From: Chiloscyllium plagiosum
Taxonomy: Eukaryota
Assembly (NCBI RefSeq): GCF_004010195.1
Contig: NC_057721.1
Coordinates: 34,905,166 to 34,969,165, forward strand
Reading direction: 5' to 3'
Length of the DNA: 64,000 bases
Part shown: positions 53,314-64,000 of the stretch, one piece after another
How the letters are laid out: the number at the start of each line of letters is the position of its first letter
Position numbering within the stretch: the first letter of the stretch is position 1
Made by a program: the position numbers and the translations under genes
Notes under the pieces: generated by a model
Databases searched by the model: none
The model's input: only the letters and a program-made list of their open reading frames with translations
What the model was told of the DNA's origin: nothing

Positions 53314-56300
53314 ATGTGGTCGTAGACACAAGACATTTAAAAACTGTCATGACCTCAGTTGTGCCAAAGTGATCAATTATTTTGTCCCCTTGATCAATAG
53401 AGGAACACAAATTTTTAATGTTTTTCTAAATACTCCTGCTGTAACTCTGGTGAGAATGTGGGTAAGCCTACAAACTAAGTTGATAGTACGAGCGGTGCCA
53501 TATATCAGGAATTCAGGTAGCCCTGATTTGGTGTGAAGCTTCTGTCTTATGTGAATAAAGACACTGGCACAGAGACAGTGAGCACTCCACTCACTTGTTC
53601 TTGTAACTCTGGCCTCTGAGAAACATAGTCTCTCTTTGGAAGCCAGGGTGCCAAGAAGATTGGGGCATGTGATTTTTGACGTATTTAAATGCCTTTTTTG
53701 GGAGGGAAAACAGCTCAGGCACCAAGGTTTCAATTTCCAGTCCCTTCCAATAGCCTGATATGTATTCCTGGAGGTACTTGTTTCGACTTTATAGTTGATG
53801 CATCTTTGCAGTGACTCCTTACAATGCAACAGCATCTGGGTCAGAGAAGCAGCAGTGAACTTCCTCCTGGCATAATTGTCAATAATGCCGATTGATCATT
53901 TCAGCATTTAAACATGCAATTTGGCCTCCAGTTTTATATGTTGTCCAGATGTATTTGAACTGGTTCCTTTGTTGTTTTATTAACCATTGAGAAAAGAAAA
54001 CTTGAATCATAGAATTCGGCAGTATGGAAGGAAGAGTCCATCATGCATCTGCTCATCTACTCAAAGAGGATCCACTCGCTTGCTCTCTTCCCATATCCTA
54101 GTACTTCCTCTTAAAAGATAATGTACACCTAGTTCCTGATATTAGTAGAATACCTAACAATTCTCCATTGAAAATCCTAATCTTCAGACTTTTGAACACC
54201 TGTTCAAGTCCCTCTTTATCTTTCTTCCACTAATTAGAAAAGCCCAGTTTCTCAAACCTTGTATTACTTTGTTACCTGAATGAACCTTCTTGGAATGGAA
54301 ATTGGAGACAATATTCTGTAGCCTAACCAATGATTCAGGTAGTGATACCTCTTTGTTTATGTACTATGTTTGAAATTGCAAAACCTGAGATACCAAATGT
54401 TTGTTTGATGATAAAATGGCCAATTTGATCTTCCATTTTAAATGATCTGTATAACTGTTCATTTAGCATTAATGTTTTAGCATTTATTTTCTTTTTTGTC
54501 ATTTTCTATGTTTATAATTCACCTTTTTTCTTCAAAAATGTATCACTTTATATTTTGCCCTCTTATATTTCATGCAACCTGTCTCTGGACAATTTAAAAA
54601 TCATTAGCCTTTGAAATTACAAACATTGCAAATTTTCTCAGAATGGCTCACACTTCACTCAAAATGTGCCAAAACCCTACACTGTACTTAACCAGGTGTC
54701 AAGACCCTGACCCCTGGCTAAAAGGTTGGGGAGATCTTGTTCACAAACTTGCCAGCCACACCAAATAATTTAACACTGGAAGACATCTGTCCATGTGTGG
54801 AGGTGTAGTCCAGCCTCAGAGATCTCTTGGCAATTGGATGACGAGCAGCACCAAGACCCAGAAGCAGTGGGTGGGCGTGGTGTTCACTCTTAGGACCACA
54901 GCAAGTCCTAACAAAGAGGAGCCCAGACTTAGAGGTAAGCCCAGAGTAATTTTGAGGCCAGGTGGCAGATGCCTTGAAGGGAATGAGAACAGGGTTTGAA
55001 AGTCCAGGGAAGTGGGCGAGGAGAGAATTATGAACTTCGGGTGTTGGGTGAGGGGTTCTGTCGTGCCTTTAATGGGCTCAATGATGGGGACCCACTAACT
55101 AGGTTCAGCTCCCTCCCATCTTTGCCTCACACCAACCCACACAGTGCTGGGGAATTCCAATGTGGACACTACCCCTGTCACAGGTAATAAATGAGAGTGC
55201 CTTCCCCACCTCATGAGTCCTCCATGGTGAGTGGCTCTCCAATATCCATTCCACCTTTCATTAACTTTCACACAGGTCAGAGGCAAGCGGACAGATGGTG
55301 CAAAAGCCAAACTGTGAATTTTACATACTACCCAACTTCAAATTTTCCAATAGGAAAGTGTATAATCTAAACCCTAACCTTGTGTTTAAATAGACATGCC
55401 AGTGCAATTATAACAGCAGAGCAAGACCAATATTGAGGAAATTCCCATCGATATTTCAGTTGCTCCCTATTTACTTTGCTTTTGTAAATTTCTAAACTGT
55501 GTTCTAATGTTAAAGTATCGACATAGATTTTTTAGTAACTGGGGACAAAATGTCAGATTAACAAAAAAAATGAAGACAGTGTTCTTATAAAGCATTGTTA
55601 GGGAATGAACATTACTCTTCTTTAAGCAAATCCTTAATTTGCTGTTCTTTTTGTCAAATTAATAATGCAGCATTTCAGTTTTCCCTGTTCCTGAGAATCT
55701 TTCCTGCTGTTTTAATTCTTAAGTACTACAACAAAGATGTATATTTGCTTGTATTCAAGATTTAACTTACTGTTTCTAACATTACAAAATGTGTGCACTG
55801 AAATTAGCTTTAAATGCTACTTAATCTGTCCTGTTCAATCCTTTCCAGATGGGTGTAATTCATAGATGGCTAGGTTATATGTAACAGGCCGCATGCAAGG
55901 TCGAGTCTGAGATAATAATGTTGATTAATCGATGATGTTCAGTTTTTTTGATGAGAAGACAAGACTGATGATCCAGAATGACAATTATAACTTCTCAAAC
56001 ACAGAATTATCCTAAAAGTTTACACCGAGTATTCTGACTGTAGAATGTGAATGAATCTCACAGACAATTAACGGTCTGGGTGTGTGTTTTTTTAAGTGAC
56101 TAGAAACTTGTCAAAGGTGATTGAGTGAGAATGGTTTTGTAGGAAACAGACACCGACCTATGGACAATCATTAGCAAGCAAGTGTGTGGCATCTTTATTG
56201 TTTATATAATCAAATAGAAGAGGGGAATATATATCTTTGCTAAACTGTATAATATTTGTTTATTTTTCTTGTGTAAATAAAAGTCATTATTGGTTCAAGG

Positions 56301-56334
56301 CCCATTACTCTGTCTTTCAATGAATCTTCAATGA

Positions 56335-56527
56335 GTCCAAAGATATGCCCGTTAGATGGATTGATCATGCTAAATTGCCCATAGTGTCCAGGGATCTGTA
56401 TGTTAGCAATGGGAAATGCAGGGTGACAGGGATGGTGGAGGGGGGGCTGAATCTGGATGGGATGCTGTTTGAAGAGTTGGTGTGGACTTGTTGGGCTGAA
56501 TGGCCTGTTCCAACACTGTAGGGATTT
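56335..56527 (+). mobile_element. Headless HE1-like SINE fragment
   Basis: agtccaaagatatgc..gctaaattgccc..gtggacttgttgggc. Confidence 0.75.
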
Positions 56528-56734
56528 AATTCTTTCAGTGAGAGAGAGAAAGTTGATACATGAAGTAGCATTAGTGAATGCCAAGCTACAAGTGGACAGA
56601 GCAACGACTCACTTTTAGTCTAGTAGTTCTTGCTATCAATTAATGTTGAACAAAAAGATACACTTCAGATGATAGGAGATTTAAGATTTATTTTAGAAGT
56701 AGCTGTGTCTGCCTTCAACAGGGACCTATGTAAT

Positions 56735-57147
56735 CACCCATAACAAGATTTGGAGATGCCGGTGTTGGACTGGGGTGGACAAAGTTAAAAATAACACAAC
56801 ACCAGGTTATAATCCAACAGGTTTAACTGGAAGCACTAGCTTTCATAGCGCTGCCCCTTCATCAGGTGGTTGTGGAGTATAAGATCATATGACACAGAAT
56901 TCATAGCAAAAATGACAGTGTGATGTCACTGAAATGGCACATTGAAAACAAAAACAGATCGTTGGTTAAGTCTTTCAGCTTTTAGAATAACCATATTAGT
57001 TTTGGTTCTTTAATATGTGAATTCCAGAACTTTATTAAAGTTACATTCAACATTCAAACATTGGGACACAGACAGACTTTAATCTCACACCTTCAAGGCA
57101 GTATCTGAGCTGTGATGCCACCTATTGTTGAAGCTAACTTGAGAATG
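56735..57147 (-). mobile_element. Left part of a fold-back Penelope-derived element (second terminal family)
   Basis: Inverted copy of 59524-59795; hammerhead motif at 56834-56868. Confidence 0.7.
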
Positions 57148-59527
57148 TTATAGAGTCACAGAGATGTACAGCATGGAAACAGACTCTTCAGTCCAACTCA
57201 TCCTTGCCAACCAGATATCCCAACCCAATCTAGTCCCACATGCCAACATCCGGCTCATATCCCTCCAAACCCTTCCTATTCACATACCCATCCGGATGCC
57301 TTTTAAATGTTGTAATTGTACCAGCCTCCACCACTTACTCTGGTAGCTCATTCCATACACGTACCACCCTCTGCGTGAAAACGTTGCCCCTTAGATCTCT
57401 TTTATATCTTTCCCCTCTCACCTTAAACCTATACCCTCTAGATCTGGACTCCCCGACCCCAGTGAAAAGGCCTTGTCTATTTATCCTATCCATGCCCCTC
57501 ATGATTTTATAAACCTCTATAAGGTCACCCCTCAGCTTCCGATGCTCCAGGGAAACAGGCCCAGCCTATTCAACCTCTCCCTATAGCTCAAATCCTCCAA
57601 CCAGGCAACATCCTTGTAAATCTTTTCTGAACCATTCCAAGTTTCACAACATCCTTCCAATAGGAAGGAGACCAGAATTGAATACAATATTCTAACAGTG
57701 GCCTAACCAATGTCCTATACAGCCGCAACATGACCTCCCAACTCCTATACTCAATGCACTGACTAATAAAGGAAAGCATATCAAATGCCTTCTTCACTAT
57801 CCTATCTACCTGTGAATCCACTTTCAAGGGGCTATGAACCTGCACCCCAAGGTCTCTCTGTTCAGCAACACTCCCTAGGGCCTTACCATTAAGTGGATAA
57901 ATCCTGCTAAGATTTGCTTTCCCAAAATGCAGCACCTCGTATTTATCTAAATTCAACTCCATCTGCCACTCTTCAGCTCATTGGCCCATCTGGTCCAGAT
58001 CCTGTTGTAATCTGAGGTAACCTTCTTTCCTGTCTACTACACCTCCAATTTTGGTGTCATCTGCAAACTTACTAACTATACTTCCAAATCATTTATGTAA
58101 CTGAAAAAAAGTAGAGGGCCCAGCACCGATCCTTGTGGCACTCCACTGGTCACAGGCCTCCAGTCTGAAAAACAACCCTCCAACACCATTATCTGTCTTC
58201 TACCTTTGAGCCAGTTCTGTATCCAAATGGCTAGTTCTCCCTGTATTCCATGAAATCTAACCTTGCTAACCAGTCTCCCCTGGGGAACCTTGTCGAACTC
58301 CTTACTGAAATCCATATAGATCACATCTAACGCTCTGTCCTCATCAATCCTCTTTGTTACTTATTCAAAAAAACTCAATCAAGTTTATGAGACATGATTT
58401 GCCATGCACAAAGCCATGTTAACTGTCCCTAATCAGTCCTTGCCTTTCCAAATCCATGTACATCCTGTCCCTCAGGATTCCCTCCAACAATTTGCCCACC
58501 ACAAACGTCAGGTTCACTGGTCTATAGTTCCCTGGCTTGTCTTTACCACCTTTCTTAAACAGTGGCACCATGTTAGCCAACCTCCAGTCTTCCAGTACCT
58601 CACCTGTGACTATTGATGATACAAATATCTCAGCAAGAGGCCCAGCAATCATTTCCCTAGCTTCCCGCAGTGTTCTAGGGTACACCTGATCAGGTCCTGG
58701 GGATTTATCCCCTGGGGATTTATCCACTTTTATGTGTTTCAAGACATCCAGCACTTCCTCCTCTGTAACATTTTTCAAGATGTCACAATCTATTTCCCTA
58801 CATTCTATATCTTCCATGTCCTTTTCCACAGTAAACACTGATGCATCTCCCCCATTTTCTGCGGCTCCACACAAAGGCCGCCTTGTTGATCTTTGAGGGG
58901 CCCTATTCTCTCCCTCATTACCCTTTTGTCCTTAATGTATTTGTAAAAACCCTTTGGATTCTCCTTAATTCTATTTGCCAAAGCTATCTCATGTCGCGCT
59001 TTTGCCCTCTTGATTTCCCTCTTAAGTATACTCCTACTGCCTTTATACTCTTCTAAGGATTCATTCGATTTATCTTGTTTGTACCTGATATATGCTTGCT
59101 TCGTATTCTTAATCAAACATTCAATTTCTTTAGTCATCCAGCATTCCCTGCACCTACCAACCTTACCTTTCAGCCTAACAGGAATATAATGTCTCTGGAC
59201 TCTCGTTATTTCATTTCTGAAGGCTTCCCATTTTCCAGCTGTTCCTTTACCTGCGAACATCTGCTCCCAATCAGTTTTTGAAAGTTCTTGCCTAATACTG
59301 TCAAAATTAGCCGTCCTCCAAGTTAGAACTTCAACTTTTAGATCTGGTCTATCCTTTCCCATCACTATTTTAAAACGAATAGAATTATGGTCGCTGGCCC
59401 CAAAGTGCTCCCCCACTGACACCTCAGTCACCTGCCTTGCCTTATTTCCCAAGAGTAGGTCAAGTTTTGCACCTTCTCTAGTAGGTGAATATTGAATCAG
59501 AAAATTTTCTTGTACACACTTAACAAA
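57148..59527 (-). mobile_element. 2.4-kb 5'-truncated CR1
   Basis: Frameshifted ORF2 from the end of EN through RT to the 3' tail; flanked by aatgt on both sides. Confidence 0.94.
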
Positions 59528-59800
59528 TGTAAGTTTAAAGAAGTTCTGGGATTTAAATATGAAAGACCCGAAACTAACATGACATTCTTAAAGATGAAAG
59601 ACTTAACAAATAATCCAGTTTCTATCAATATATCATTTCAGTGGCATCATACTGTAATCTTTTGTTATAAATTCTGTATCATATGATGTTATACTCCACA
59701 GCTACCTGAAGAAGGAGCAGTGCTCCGAAAGCCAGTGCTTCTGAAAACACCTGTTGGAAAATAACCTGGTATTGTGTGATTTTTAACTTTGTCCCATAAC
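59528..59800 (+). mobile_element. Right part of the fold-back Penelope-derived element
   Basis: Reverse complement of ~56770-57048; hammerhead-like motif at 59703-59737. Confidence 0.7.
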
Positions 59801-60955
59801 AAGAAGTTGGATGTGGACATTTGGAATTGTGGAGGTCAGTTAGCTGGATATCGGGTTTGCATTCAGAGTGATGTCAGCAGCACATTTTCAATTACCACAT
59901 GGGCTGAGGTTACCATGGAGGACTCTCCTTCTCAACCTCTACCCCTACCAGAGACATGGCAATGCTCAGGTTAAACCAAGTTGTCTTCCCTGTCTACTGA
60001 GGGGTCAGCACTGTGGTCTGGTCAGACTATAGTGATTTTACCCAATGTGGTATTGATGATTCCAACAGACATTTATTGTAACTAACTATTATGTGCAAAA
60101 TTACATTCCTCAGGCACACATTAAGTTAACATGTTAGAACAGAGAAACATACTTCAGGAGTGTGTTATGTCTTAAGTGATCTAAGGTAAGATATAGTATG
60201 AGGTCTTTTACCTTTGCTCCCATGCGAAGATGCGGTGTTGATATCATGAGCATGTCTCTTAAAAGTATGCTAACAGACTGATTGTGAGACATGACACAAC
60301 ATCTCACTTGTTCCTTAATTTAAAAAAAATCCCAAATGGATATACATGGTTGTGTCTGTTACCATTTCAGTAATTATACAAATAGGTAAAAACACAATTT
60401 ACAAGACTAACATTTTAAACCTCAATGTAATGTTTAACAATTTATCTTGCTCTGGTGATTGTATACCTGCCTAGAGAGGTATGCGTTGCTGTCTTTTGCA
60501 TTTGTTTCACAATTTGGTTGTCTTGCTGCTGGTTGTTGTCACTCAACATTATCACACAATCATCATTCTTGGACTATTCTTCCTCACTCTCTTTTTGCAT
60601 GATTGGCCGGCTTTACATTGCTTTGAGCTGGCTTCTGTACCTTCATTGGATTGCAACATGATTCATGAAACCTTTGCTGGTATCCAAATATTTGTATTTA
60701 CCTTTTTAATTTAGACTGTCTGTTCAGTGCACAGTCACGGTAGTTATCTGCTTGCTCCCATCTCCTCCATCTCTTTAATTCTCCTTTGTCTTTCAAGAAG
60801 AATGTCCTATTTGCTATGCAAAGTGAAGGGTTTTATTTGCCTTCTGAGTATAAGTTATGCTGTAGATGGTATACCCTTCTGCATTGGTGTTGCACAACAT
60901 ACAGTATTGCAATATGAAAATCTTGCTTGTTGTTTAACCCTTAATGATCGTTGAT

Positions 60956-61165
60956 TTAATAGTATGTATTGTATGTTCTGCTAGACCATATGAGCATCAA
61001 TGGGTAGATAACAGTACAATATGGATCACTCAAGACTTGGTGTACATCTTGAAATGATTTGCCAGTGTGCTGTGCTCCATTGTTAGACCCTATTTGATCT
61101 GTAATACCAAATAAACTAAAAATAGTGTTCAGTGTGATAGCAATGGCCATGCTTGTTGAAGTTTT
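60956..61165 (-). mobile_element. Gypsy integrase core remnant
   Basis: TSMAIAITLNTIFSLFGITDQIGSNNGAQHTGKSFQD matches the rve motif F..FG.P..I.SDNG.QF....F. Confidence 0.75.
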
Positions 61166-61199
61166 AAGTTGTTAAACAATGGGAAATTGAGAGAAGTAA

Positions 61200-62984
61200 T
61201 CCATCACAAAGTTGTCTGCAGCAAGTGTCTTTGGTTGCAAATCCTATCTCGTTGCATGAAATGCTTAGAGCGGCAGTTAGAGGTAAAGAGGAATTTGCAA
61301 GAGCTAGTAGGTGTAATGGATGGCAGTTATAGGAATGGAGAAAAGTCGCAGATACAGTCAGGTAGATTAGTTAACTCCAGGAAAGGTAGGGGAGGTAGGC
61401 AGGTAGTACAGGAGTCTTCTGTGGTTATCCCCATTTCAAACAAGTCTGCTCTGGAAAATGTAGGGGGTGATGGACTCTCAGGAGATTATAGTACAAACAG
61501 CCAAGTTTCTGCTATCGAGACACATTCTAATGTAATGAGGGGTATGTCAGGTTCCAACCAATTGATTGTGATACGGGATTCTCTCGTCAGAGGCACAGGT
61601 AGACATTTCTGTGGACAGTAGGAAAAGATCAAAGTGGTGTGTTGTCTCCCTGGATCAAGGATATCTCAGAGAGGGTGCAGAATGTTCTCAAGGGCGAGAC
61701 GGACCAGCTGGAGGTCATTGTACACACTGGAACTAGTGACATGGGAAGGGAGAAAAATGAGATTCTGAGGGGAGAATATAGAAAGTTAGGCAGGAATTTA
61801 AAAAGGAGGTCCTCAAAGGTAGTAATACATGGATTACTCCCAGTGTTACGAGCTAATGAGGGTAGGAATAGGAGGATAGAGCAGATGAATGCATGGCTGA
61901 GGAGCTTGTGTATGGGAGGATTCACATTTTTGGATCATTGGAAGCTCTTTTGGGGTAGAAGTGACCTGTACAAGAAGGACAGATTACACCTAAATTAGAA
62001 GGGGACTAACATGCAGGCAGGGAGATTTGCTAGAGCTGTTTGGGAGGGTTTAAACAAGTAAGGTGGTGGTGTGGGACTAGGGAAGTAGTGAGGAAAGAGA
62101 TTAATTTGAGACTGGTACAGTTGGGAAAGGGAGCAAGTCAAACAGTCAGGGCAGGCAGGAACAAAGCAGAGAACAAGGTAGGACTGATAAATTAAACTGC
62201 ATTTATTTCAATGCAAGAGGCCTAACAAGGAAGGCAGATGAACTCAGGGCATAGTTAGCAACATGGGACTGGGATGCCATAGCAATTACAGAAACGTGCT
62301 CAGGGATGGGCAGAACTGGCAGCTTAATGTTCCAGGATACAAATGCTACAGGAAGTACAGAAAGGAAGGCAAGAGAGGAGGTGGTGTGGCAAGGAGATAA
62401 GGGATAGCATTACTGCTGTTCTTAGGGAGGATATTCCTGGGAATACATCCAGGTAAGTTATTTGAGTGCAACTGAAAAATAAGGAAGGAATGATCACCTT
62501 ATTGGGATTGTATTATAGACCCCCCAATAGTCAGCGGGAAATTGAGAAACACATTTGTAAGGAGATTTCAGTTATCTTTAAGAATAATAGGGTGGTTATG
62601 GTAGGGGATTTTAACTTTCCAAACATAGACTGGGACTGGCATAGCATTAAGGGTTTAGATGGAGAGGAATTTGTTAAGTGTGTACAAAAAAAATTTCTGA
62701 TTCAGTATGTGGATGTACCCACTAGAGAAGGTGCAAAATGTGGCCTACTCTTGGGAAATAAGGCAGGGCAGATGACTGAGGTGTCAGCGGGAGAGCACTT
62801 TGGGGCCAGTGACCATAATTCTACCAGTTTTAAAATAGTAAAGGAAAAGGATAAACCAGATCTGAAAGTGAAAGTTCTAAATTGGAGGAAGGCTAATTTT
62901 GATGGTATTAGGCAAGAACTGTCAAAAGCTGCTTGGAGGCAGATGTTCACAGGTGAAGGGATGGCTAGAAAATGGGAAGCCTTC
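61200..62984 (+). mobile_element. CR1 5' half: ORF1 SGNH-esterase remnant and ORF2 APE endonuclease
   Basis: IVIRDSLVRG, IVHTGTSD, DRLHLN; then YFNARGL, YRPP, GDFNFP and SDHN. Confidence 0.9.
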
Positions 62985-64000
62985 ATTTTTGGGAACAGCG
63001 AGAGCAAGGACTGAAGGCTGCCGGTTAGGTAAGTTAATAATTTAAAAACCTAGCTCGTGAATAGGCAGAGCGCACACTGAGCAGGAGTGCAAACAGGACT
63101 GCTGAGTAAGTGAGGTAATATACTTAGGCGGTTGCTTTACCTGAAACACTACTTAGGTAGTGTCTCCCACCCATCCTCCTCCTCTAACCTTGGAGCTGGA
63201 TGAACCTTGGATCATTTGGGAGGCTGAGAGAGTTATAGGGGGTTGTCACACCTCGGGTACAGGAAACAGATAGATGGGTTACAGTCAGGGGATGGAAAGG
63301 GAACCAGCAGACAGTGCAGGGATCCCCTGTGGCTGTTCCCCTCAATAACAACTATACTGTTTTGGATACTGTTGGGGAGGAAGACTTATCAGGGGTAAGC
63401 CATGGGGTACAAGCCTCTGGTACAGAGTCTGTTCCTGTTGCTCAGAAGAGAAGTGGGGAGAAGACTAGAGCATTAGTCATTGGGGACTCCCTAGTTAGGG
63501 GGATAGATAGGAGATTCTGTGGGAATGAGAGAGCCTTGCAGTTATTGTGTTTCCTCCCAGCTGCCAGGGTTCGTGATGTCTCGGATCATATTTTTAAGAT
63601 TTTTGGTGGACGGAGAGCAGCCCCAAGTCGTGGTCCACATAGTCATAGGTAGGAAAAGGGATGGGGATTTAAGGCAGAAATTCAGGGAGCTATTACCTGT
63701 GCCACGTGCTAGCGAGGCGAGGAATAGGGAGAGAGAGGAGTTGAACACGTGGCTACAAGGATGTTGTAGGAGGGAGGGTTTCAGATACCTGGATAATTGG
63801 GGCACATACAAACAGGATGGTCTACACCTGAATCAGAAGGGCACCGATACCCTGGGAGGAGCTTTGCTAATGTTCTTTGGGAGGGTTTAAACTAATTCAG
63901 CAGGGGGATGGGAACCTGAATTGTGGCTCCAGTGTGCAGGAGGTTGAAAGTTGTGAATTCATTAATAAGGACTCAAGGTCACAAGAGTGTACCAGCAGGC
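62985..64000 (+). mobile_element. Second CR1 5' end with ORF1 esterase remnant
   Basis: VIGDSLVRG, PQVVVHI and DGLHLN; starts abruptly inside the previous ORF2. Confidence 0.85.

Noticed and set aside
55849-56015. Acceptor cctttccag as a further exon of the Ig gene
   Set aside because: The phase-1 frame stops after five codons and it lies beyond the better terminal exon.

Overview
Repeat-rich vertebrate genomic DNA with two assembly gaps (23360-24008, 48556-49024). The repeat set (tRNA-headed HE1-like SINEs, CR1/HER1-type LINEs, Penelope-like elements) points to a cartilaginous fish, probably a shark; this is inference. Two host genes lie head-to-head about 34 kb apart, each next to a region that retains CpG dinucleotides. 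(1) A manually assembled 5-exon + strand gene (38440-53313, ~230 aa) encodes a type I membrane protein: leader, one V-type Ig domain lacking the B-strand Cys (CD2/SLAM/CEACAM/HEPACAM-like), a short N-glycosylated stalk, a TM helix and a short tail ending in DDIYENM. The ORF track shows only the leader and Ig exons, in separate ORFs. (2) A first coding exon on the - strand (4447-4419) encodes MGNCCKKTQ, a myristoylation/palmitoylation-type N-terminus; its downstream exons are uncertain. The rest is transposon debris: many CR1 copies (two with ORF1 esterase remnants), a Rex1/Babar-like tail, Gypsy remnants, possible Harbinger remnants and Penelope-like elements whose termini carry minimal hammerhead ribozyme motifs. 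All gene models and family names come from reading the sequence by eye and are unverified; repeat boundaries are approximate.
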